From positions 1,856,001 to 1,920,000 of the forward strand of contig OY970178.1 in assembly GCA_963707915.1 (NCBI GenBank): a stretch of 64,000 bases of DNA, given 5' to 3'. The position numbers and the translations under genes are program-made. The stretch's first letter is position 1, and each line of letters opens with the position of its first letter. Positions 54,350 through 64,000 of this stretch are shown here, in pieces. Under the pieces are notes generated by a model, which was given only the letters and a program-made list of their open reading frames with translations, made no database searches and had not been told where the DNA came from. The stretch is from Candidatus Eiseniibacteriota bacterium (GTDB lineage Bacteria > Eisenbacteria > RBG-16-71-46).

Positions 54350-56774
54350 TCAGGGCAGCGTGATGCTCAGGCGCTTGAGTCTCGCGTAGAGCGTCTTGCG
54401 GCTGACGCCCAGCAATTCGGCCACGCGACTCTTGTTCCGGCCCGCCCGCTGGTAGGCGGCCATGATGGCGGCCCGCTCCTGCTCCGCGGTGTCGTGGGCC
54501 GGGCGGACTGGCGAGGACTGCAGCAGGAAGGGCAACAGCGCGCCCGCGTCCAGGCGCTCGCTGCCGACGTGGAGCGCGCCCACCCGCTTCATCACGTTCT
54601 CCAGCTCGCGGACGTTGCCCGGCCAGGGGTGCGAGAGCAGCACCGCCTCGGCGTCGGCGCTCAGTCGCGGGCCCTGGAAACCGCCGTAGAAGGCCAGGAA
54701 GTGCCGGGCCAGCGGGACGATGTCGTCCGAGCCGCTCGCGCAGCGGCGGCACGCGGATCTCGATCTCGTTCAGGCGGAACAACAGGTCGCGCCGGAACAA
54801 CCGCTCCCCCTCGCTGCCCCGCAGTTCCCGGTTGGTGGAGGCGATGATGCGCACCTCCGCCCGACGCACCCGGGTCTCGCCCAGCCGCATGTACTCGCCG
54901 CTCTCGAGGAAGCGCAGCAGGGTGACCTGCACGTCCTGCGGCAGGTCGCCGACCTCGTCCAGGCACAGCGTGCCGCCGTCGGCCGCCTCGACCAGCCCGG
55001 CCGCGTCGGCGTGCGCGCCCGTGAAGGCGCCCTTGCGGTGGCCGAAGAGCTGCGAGAGGGCCAGTTCGGCGCGCAACGCACCGCAGTTGACCGCCAGGAA
55101 CGGCCGGTCCGCCCGCGCGGAGAGCACGTGGATGGTCCGCGCGATGAGCTCCTTGCCGGTGCCGGTCTCTCCCGTGATCAGCACCGACAGGTCGGTGCCC
55201 GCCGCGCGCCGCGCCATGGCCTCGACCCGCTGCATGGCGTGGGAATAGGCGACCAGCGTGGGCGCCCGGTGCTTGCGACCCGGCGGGACCACGCGGGCGG
55301 CGGTCGCCGCGGCCCCGGCGGCGCCCAGCAGGCGCTGCAGCTCGAGATCGGTGCGTTCGAGCCACTCCTGCGCCGAGAGCTCGGCGAACAGCGCGCCGGC
55401 ACGGTAGAGGTGGTGCCGACCCTCGCGCGGTTCGCTCACCACCCGGCCCAGCTCGAACAGCGTGCGGGCCAGCTCGTAGCGCTCGCGCAGCCCGGTCAGC
55501 ATGCGCACCGTGTCGGTCCAGCCGCGCAGGGCGTCCTCGTGCCGGCCCCGGGCCCAGGCGATCGCCGCTGCCGCGCGGTGCCCCAGCGCCAGCTCGAGCC
55601 GGTCCTCGATGCGTTCCGCCAGCCGCAGGGCCCGATCGCAGGCGAGCTGCGCCTCGTCCAGCCGGCCCAGGCGGGTCAGCGCATCGGCCCGGCGCCGTTC
55701 CAGCTCGACCACCAGGTCGCCCTCGGGGGCCAGGACGGCGGCCAGCAGGCTGGCCTGGTCGTAGCGCGCCAGCGCCTCGGCGTGCCGGTCGCGGTCGGCG
55801 TCCAGCTCGCCGAGGAACTCGATCGCCAGGACCTCCTCGCGGGGCGCGCCGTGCTCCCGGGCGCGCTTCAGGGCGTCGGCGAACAGGGCCTCGGCGTCGG
55901 CGAAGCGGCGCTGCAGGCGGGCGATGTTGCCGCGCGCGATCCGCACCGTCGCCAGGCGCAGCGGGTTGGCGAGCTGCTCGTAGACCTGCTCGGCCTGGAC
56001 GTAGCACTCCTCGGCCTGCTCCCATTCCCCGCTCTTCTGGTGGACGATGCCCAGGTTGAGGAGGGCATCGGCCGTCGAGGGGAACCGGCCCAGGCGCCGG
56101 AACACGTCGAGCGCGGTGCGCAGGCAGGCCACCGCCGCGTCCCACTCGCACAGGTTCTTGAGGATCAGGCCCAGGTCGCTGCGGGCGCGGGCGGAGCGCC
56201 AGTCGTCGCCGAGGCGCCGGTACAGCCCGAGCGCCTGCTCGTAGAAGTCCCGGGCCTCGTGGAGGTCCCCCTCGCGGTACGCGATCCGGCCCAGGTGGTG
56301 GAGCGCGCGCGCCGCGAGGTCGTGATCGCCCGAGGCGTCCGCCAGGGCGAGGGCCGCGGAGGAGTCCACGCGGGCGTCGTCGAGACGGCCCAGCCGGAAG
56401 AGCGCCTCGGCGCACTGCAGGTGAATCCCGGCCCGGCCCGGGACGGCGTCGACGCCCCCCTCGGTCGCCAGCAGCTCGCGACAGTGCGCCAGCGCGCCCA
56501 GCGTGTCGCCCTGGGCCAGCCTGCACGCCACCGCCCGGCTCTCGAGCGCCACCCGGCGGGCCGGCGAGAGCGTCCGCGCTGCAGGCAGCGCGAGCAGGCG
56601 CTCGATCGTCTCCAGCGCGGGCACGGAACTGTCCGCCTGCAGGTACAGGTCGGCCAGCATCTCGAGGTCGGCCACCGCGTCCTGCGGGGTGCCCCCGACG
56701 GGCAACCCCGATCCGCAGGTCAGCGCAAGCTTCCCTTCCAGCTCGGCAATCCGATTCCGGTCATCGATCGGCAC
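54350..56774 (-). CDS. TPR-repeat sigma54-dependent enhancer-binding protein (TPR-AAA+-Fis HTH); +1 frameshift at about 54729, probably an error
   Basis: About 480 aa of TPR-like repeats, GETGTGKE, GAFTGA, LDEVGDL, RRDLLFRL, then in the shifted frame WPGNVRELEN and NKSRVAELLGVSRKTLY. Confidence 0.9.
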
Positions 56775-56813
56775 GCCGGTACTCCGGTCAATTCGGCCCT
56801 AGCCAGCTGGGTG

Positions 56814-57170
56814 TCAGAAACGCAGGAAGATGGCCCTGAGGCCCAGCAGGAACAGTTGTACAGGGTTCGTCGCGACGCTGATGGGAGCCATCTCCTCACC
56901 CACGAGGACAGCCCCTCTCTGCGGCACCACCTGGCTCGTGCTGTTGCGAACCACGGTCAGCTTGCCGGCCTTGCCGTCTCCGGGCCCCATCGGCACATCC
57001 GGGTCACCGAGTGACGGTAGGGGATCGCCCCCGTCCGGCGAAATGACGAAGCTGCCGGAGCCGCTGTCCGCGAAGGACGTCGAGGGCGCGGCGAAGGAGA
57101 GGAAGCAGGTGGTGAGGAGACACAGCGTCAGGACGAACGCCCACGAGCGATTCATCGCGAATCGGAACAT
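56814..57170 (-). CDS. Small exported protein, candidate signalling propeptide (118 aa)
   Basis: RBS GGAAAGG; signal peptide ending SFA; Ser/Gly/Asp/Pro-rich core with GDPLP and GDPDVP; hydrophobic C-terminus. Confidence 0.7.
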   Translation of the reverse strand: MFRFAMNRSWAFVLTLCLLTTCFLSFAAPSTSFADSGSGSFVISPDGGDPLPSLGDPDVPMGPGDGKAGKLTVVRNSTSQVVPQRGAVLVGEEMAPISVATNPVQLFLLGLRAIFLRF

Positions 57171-57323
57171 GAGAACCTTTCCTGTGTCATGAAACGATGA
57201 ACCAAAGCGCCCGGCCTGCTATGACTTCTCCCGCCAGAGGGGTCGCCGTCACGGAGTGAGGTCGGGATACGGGGTGACCCCTCTCTCCGCAGACGTCGTT
57301 TGCGGGCAGCCCGGTACGGAAGG

Positions 57324-57353
57324 ATTGTAGTCCCGTTGCTCCCGGCGCGGCAA
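57324..57353 (-). promoter_or_regulatory. Sigma70 promoter of the small protein-activator operon
   Basis: TTGCCG-N18-TACAAT. Confidence 0.55.
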
Positions 57354-57480
57354 GGGGATGTTGCGCCCGAACGTCGGGCCCGGGGCGCCCCGGGGAGCGC
57401 CCACCGCCCGGCTCCCGGCCGGCGCCGGCACGGCGCGGCCCCGGGTAGGGAGATCCCCGGGGCCGCCGTGCGGGCCGCGA

Positions 57481-58902
57481 CTAGCGCCGCTTGAGCCTGG
57501 GCGGCTGTCCCTTCACGTCTTCGAGCACCACGCCGAATTCGTCCAGGAGCCGCTGCCGCAGGGCGTCCGCCCGGGCCCAGTCGCGGTCCTTGCGGGCCTG
57601 CTCGCGCTCCCCGGCCAGCGCCAGGACCTCGGTTGGCCAGGACTCCCCGGCGGGCTTTCTCCAGAAGAGGCCGAGCACGCCGCCCAGGCCGAGCAGGACC
57701 CGGCCCGCCGCGGGGCCCTCGGGCGAGCCCTCGTCCAGCGCCCGGTTCACCTCGCGCGACAGGTCGAACAGGTGCCCGATGGCCTTGGCGCTGTTGAAGT
57801 CGTCCTCCATCGCCTCGTGGAACGAGCCGCTCGCACTCCGCCACCGCCCGGCCCAGGTCCCCGGTCGGGGCCGTCCCGGCGGGCAGGTCCCAGGCCCGCG
57901 CCCGGGCGAGCACGCCGATCAGGCGCTGGTGGGCCACCGCGGCCTCGGCCAGGCGCTCCTCGTTGAACTCGAGCGGGCTGCGGTAGTGGGTCGAGAGCAG
58001 GTAGTAGCGCACCACCTCGGGGTCCGTGCGGCCGGCGATCTCGTCCACGTAGAACAGGCTGCCGGTCCCGGTGCTCTTCGAGATCTTGTCGCCGCCGGTC
58101 GTCACCATGCCGTTCTCGGTCCAGAAGTTCGCGAACGGCTTGCCGGTGGCGGCCTCGCTCTGGGCGATCTCGTTCTCGTGGTGCGGGAAGATCAGGTCCT
58201 GCCCGCCGCCGTGGATGTCGAGGGTCTCGCCCAGGTACTTCATGCTCATGGCCGAGCACTCGATGTGCCAGCCGGGCCGGCCGGGCCCCCAGGGGCTCTC
58301 CCAGGCCGGCTCGCCCGGCTTGGCGCCCTTCCACAGCGCGAAGTCGAGCGGGTCGCGCTTCTCCTCGCCCACGTTGGCCTTGTCGCCGGCCTTCTCGCGC
58401 TCGCTCGCGCGCACCTCGTCCAGGCTGCGGCCCGAGAGCTTCCCGTAGTCGGCCTTCGAGCGCACGTCGAAGTAGACGTCGCCGCCCGCCGCGTAGGCGT
58501 GGCCCTTCTCGATCAGGCGGCGCGATCAGTTCGAACATCTCGGCGATGTGCTGGGTGGCGCGCGGGTAGTGCGTGGCCGGCAGGATGTTGTGCAGCGCCG
58601 CGCCCTCGAGGTAGGCGGCGATGTTGCGCTCGCTGACCGAGGTGTAGTCCACGCCCTCGCTGCGTCGCCCGGTCGATGATCTTGTCGTCCACGTCGGTGA
58701 AGTTGTAGACGTAGGTCACGTCGTAACCGAGGTGCAGCAGGTAGCGGCGCATCAGGTCGCCCGAGAGCGAGGCGCGGATGTGCCCGACGTGGGGCTTGTC
58801 CTGCACCGTCATGCCGCACACGTACATGCCCACGCGGCCGGGGTGGACGGGGACGAACTCGCGCTTCTCGCGCGTCAGCGTGTCGTAGATGCGCAGCGTC
58901 AC
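57481..58902 (-). CDS. cysS: Cysteine--tRNA ligase (three apparent +1 frameshifts)
   Basis: [51 protein letters not shown] spread across frames. Confidence 0.93.
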
Positions 58903-59813
58903 GGGTTCTCCAGGGGGATGGCGGTGGCAGCCGCCGGGCCGGGCCCGGCGGACAGCGGTCGGATGGCGATCTCGCGGTTCGTCCCGGTGCGGATGTCCCC
59001 GGCGACCAGCGCCTCGTGGGCGCGCAGCCGCAGCTCGCGCGCCACCTGGAAGGCGTCGGCCCCGGGCCGGGACCGTACCACCATGCGCAATTGGACCTCG
59101 GCGCCGGCGAGCGCCTCGACGCCCCACAACTCGGCGGGCTCGATCAGCCGCTCGCGCCAGCACCGGCTCGGCATTCAGTCCGTCCACGACCCCGCGGCAC
59201 AGCTCGAGCGCCCGCCCGAGGTCCTCGTTGGCCCCGACCGGCACGTCCACGGTGAGGCGGTTCCAGTCGCGGCTGCGGTTGGTGACCGTCTTGAACTCGC
59301 CGTTCGGCACGTAGTGGACGAAGCCGTTGAAGCCGCGCAGCCGCGTGCAGCGCAGGCGTCACCTCCTCGACCAGCGCGGGCTGGCCCGCGACCTCGACCA
59401 GCTCGCCCACGGCGAACTGGTTCTCGACCAGGATGAAGTAGCCGGCGATCAGGTCGCGCACCAGCGTCTGCGCGCCGAAGCCCAGCGCGACGCCGAGGAT
59501 GCCGGCCCCCGCCAGCAGGGGCTTCACGTCCCAGCCGAAGATCGCCAGCGCGTGGATGAACGCCCCCGCCCAGATGACCGCGGTCGCCAGGCTGCGCAGG
59601 GTCTGGGCGACGCGTCTGCGCGCGCTGCGCGCTGCCCGGCCGGTCCTGGCCCGCGCGGACCATCCAGTGCCGCAGGCGGCCCACCAGCAGCCGCGCGACC
59701 TGCTGCAGCAGGAACGCACCGCCCAGGGTCAGCGCCAGGCGGATCCCCATCTCGGCGAGCTTCTCGGACTCCGGGATGAGGTGCAGGACCAGCAGGTACG
59801 CGGGCAGGTTCAT
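58899..59813 (-). CDS. MscS-family mechanosensitive channel (frameshifted)
   Basis: LLAGAGILGVALGFGAQTLVRDLIAG, ENQFAVGE, VPNG, VTNRSR. Confidence 0.88.
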
Positions 59814-59876
59814 GTCGTCCCTCGCGGCGGCGGCGGCCCGGGCGCCGGCGGACCGGCGCCCGCGGGACCGGTCCGG

Positions 59877-60962
59877 TCAGACCAGGCCCTCGATCGTCCT
59901 GCGGTCGAGTCGCTTCACCAGCGCCACCAGCAGCTTCACCGCCTGCTCGAAGTCCTTCCGGCTGATGATGCTGACGTGGCTGTGGATGTAGCGCGCGGGA
60001 ACACCCATCGAGAGCGTGGGCACGCCCTGGCCGTTGAGGTGGATGCGGCCCGCGTCGGTGCCGCCGCGCTCCACCGCCTCGAACTGCAGCGGGATCCGCA
60101 GCTTCTTCGCGGTGTCCACCACCAGGTCGAGCAGCCCGCGGCTGGGGATCGCGCTGGCGTCGTAGACCACGATCAGCGGTCCGCCGCCCAGCTTCTCCTC
60201 GCCGTCGGCGCCCGGCGTGTCGTGCGCGATGCCCACGTCGAGCGCCAGGCCCACGTCGGGCTGGATCTTGAACGCCGAGGTCTGCGCGCCCCGCATGCCG
60301 ACCTCCTCCTGCACCGTGCCCACCGCGTAGAGCGTGTTCGGGTGCGCCACGCCGCGCAGCCGCAGCGCGACCTCGGCCGCGATGGCGCAGCCGATGCGGT
60401 TGTCCCACGCCTTGGCGAGCAGCAGGTCGGGGTTCGCCATCACCGTGAAGGGCGACTCGGGCACGATCGCGTCACCCGGGCGGATGTCGAGCTTCTTGCG
60501 CACGTCCCAGCCGGACGAGGCGCCGACGTCGATGTACAGGTCCTTGATCTCGAGGACCTTGCGGCGGTCCTCGTCGCGGATCTCGTGCGGGGGCTTCGAG
60601 CCCACCACGCCCGTCACGTCGCCCTTGCGGGTCTTGATGACGAGCCGCTGCGCCAGCACCACGTGGCCCCACCAGCCGCCGAGCGGCAGGAACTTGACGA
60701 AGCCCTCCTTGGTGACCGACTTCACCATGAAGCCGACCTCGTCGAGGTGGCCCGCCAGCATGACGCGCGGCGGCTCCGGCGCGCGCGCGCTGCGCGTGCG
60801 GGGCATGCCGCGCTTCTCGCAGATGAAGCTGCCGAGCCGGTCGTGGCTGATGGTCCCGACGCCCTTGAGGTGGCGCTCCAGCACGCGGACCACCGGGCTC
60901 TCGGCGCCGGGCGTGCCGTGCGCCTCGACCAGGTCCTTCAGGAATTGCAGCGTCTTGTCCAT
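59877..60962 (-). CDS. M42 family (TET) aminopeptidase
   Basis: [41 protein letters not shown]. Confidence 0.92.
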   Translation of the reverse strand: MDKTLQFLKDLVEAHGTPGAESPVVRVLERHLKGVGTISHDRLGSFICEKRGMPRTRSARAPEPPRVMLAGHLDEVGFMVKSVTKEGFVKFLPLGGWWGHVVLAQRLVIKTRKGDVTGVVGSKPPHEIRDEDRRKVLEIKDLYIDVGASSGWDVRKKLDIRPGDAIVPESPFTVMANPDLLLAKAWDNRIGCAIAAEVALRLRGVAHPNTLYAVGTVQEEVGMRGAQTSAFKIQPDVGLALDVGIAHDTPGADGEEKLGGGPLIVVYDASAIPSRGLLDLVVDTAKKLRIPLQFEAVERGGTDAGRIHLNGQGVPTLSMGVPARYIHSHVSIISRKDFEQAVKLLVALVKRLDRRTIEGLV

Positions 60963-60979
60963 GGGGCCTCCGGGAGGGT

Positions 60980-61984
60980 TCAGCTGCGCGGTGCGGTCAC
61001 GGACGCCAGCTCGAGCGTGCGCGCGACGACGTCTTCGTAGGACATGCCCCGCCGCCCGCGCCGCCATCGGCACGAGGCTGGTCGGGGTCATCCCCGGGAT
61101 GGTGTTCACTTCGAGGCACGAGGGCTCGCCCCGCGGGGGCAGGCGGAAGTCCACCCGCGACACGCCGGTGCAGCCCAGCGACCGCGCGGCGCGCAGTCCC
61201 AGCGTCGCGGACGCTCGCGGCCAGCGGCTCCGGCAGGTCCGCCGGGCAGAAGTAGTCGGTGCGGCCCTTCGTGTACTTGTTCTCGTAGTCGTAGAAGCCT
61301 TGCTTGGGGCAGATCTCGACGATCGGCAGGGCCTCGTCGCCCAGCACGGTGACCGTCAGCTCGCGGCCCGGGATGTACTCCTCGATCAGGACGACCTCGC
61401 CGTGGAGCGCCGCCTCCATGAAGGCCGGCTCGAGGTCGGCCTCGCGCCGCACGATGGTGAGCGCGACGCTCGAGCCCTCCGCGCTGGGCTTGACCACGAC
61501 CGGCAGCCCGCCGCAGGCCTCGAGGTCCCGGGCGTCGGGCCGCTCGCCGGCGCGCCGCGCGGTCCACCGCGGGGTCGGCACGCCGTCGTGCACGAACACG
61601 CGCTTCGACATCACCTTGTCCATGGCGAGCGCGCTCGCGAGCACGCCGGAGCCGGTGTAGCGCTTGCCCGCCAGCTCGAGCAGGGCCTGGATGCGGCCGT
61701 CCTCGCCGAAGGTGCCGTGCAGCGCGATGTACACGACGTCCGCCTCGCGCACCGCCGGGACCTCCACCACGCCGACCTGCGCCCGCAACGGCAGGCGCGC
61801 CACTTCGGCCGCGCGTCCGCGCCGCGGCCTCCTCGCCGCCGGCGGGGAGCAGCGCGCCGTCGGCGGCGTCCACCGAGGTCACCTCGTGGCCCAGGGTGCG
61901 CAGCGCCCGCGCCACGCCCTGGCCGGTCTTGAGCGAGATCTCGCGTTCCGCGGAACGCCCTCCCATCAGCACCGCCACCTTCAT
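60980..61984 (-). CDS. ddl: D-alanine--D-alanine ligase (frameshifted)
   Basis: [44 protein letters not shown]. Confidence 0.93.
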
Positions 61985-62038
61985 CCAGGTCCTCCTGCCC
62001 GGGCATCCCTGCCGGGCGTCACCCTCGTGTGCTCTTCC

Positions 62039-64000
<1,962 letters not shown>

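Noticed and set aside
58899..60962. M42 peptidase and MscS as processing/import parts of the peptide system
   Set aside because: They sit in the housekeeping ispF-gltX-ddl-cysS run, separated from the locus by cysS and a promoter; only proximity supports a link

Overview
Very GC-rich bacterial chromosome segment (roughly 70% GC by eye). It looks like an uncultured-lineage genome bin, but I cannot assign taxonomy without a search. About 19-53.6 kb is the canonical translation/transcription supercluster on the minus strand: tRNA-Thr/Tyr/Gly/Thr, tuf, rpmG, tRNA-Trp, secE, nusG, rplK-rplA-rplJ-rplL, rpoBC, str, S10, spc and alpha operons. The left flank carries hypF-hypC-hypD, a probable PPi-type phosphofructokinase, ggt, a divergent TetR / hemerythrin-PAS pair, two hybrid histidine kinases, two response regulators, tRNA-Asn, typA and a GH10-like protein. 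The right flank carries cysS, mscS, an M42 peptidase, ddl, gltX and partial ispF. Many +1 frameshifts beyond about 52 kb are most likely assembly errors. The best novelty candidate is 53.7-57.35 kb: a small exported protein with a GDPD motif, then a TPR-repeat sigma54 enhancer-binding protein, then two palindromic enhancer-like sites, a sigma54 promoter and an about 310-nt structured, terminator-ended non-coding RNA. This suggests a peptide-sensing (RRNPP-like) sigma54/sRNA circuit. Also notable: an unknown 66-aa gene between rplK and rplA, and an RpoB H526N-equivalent substitution.
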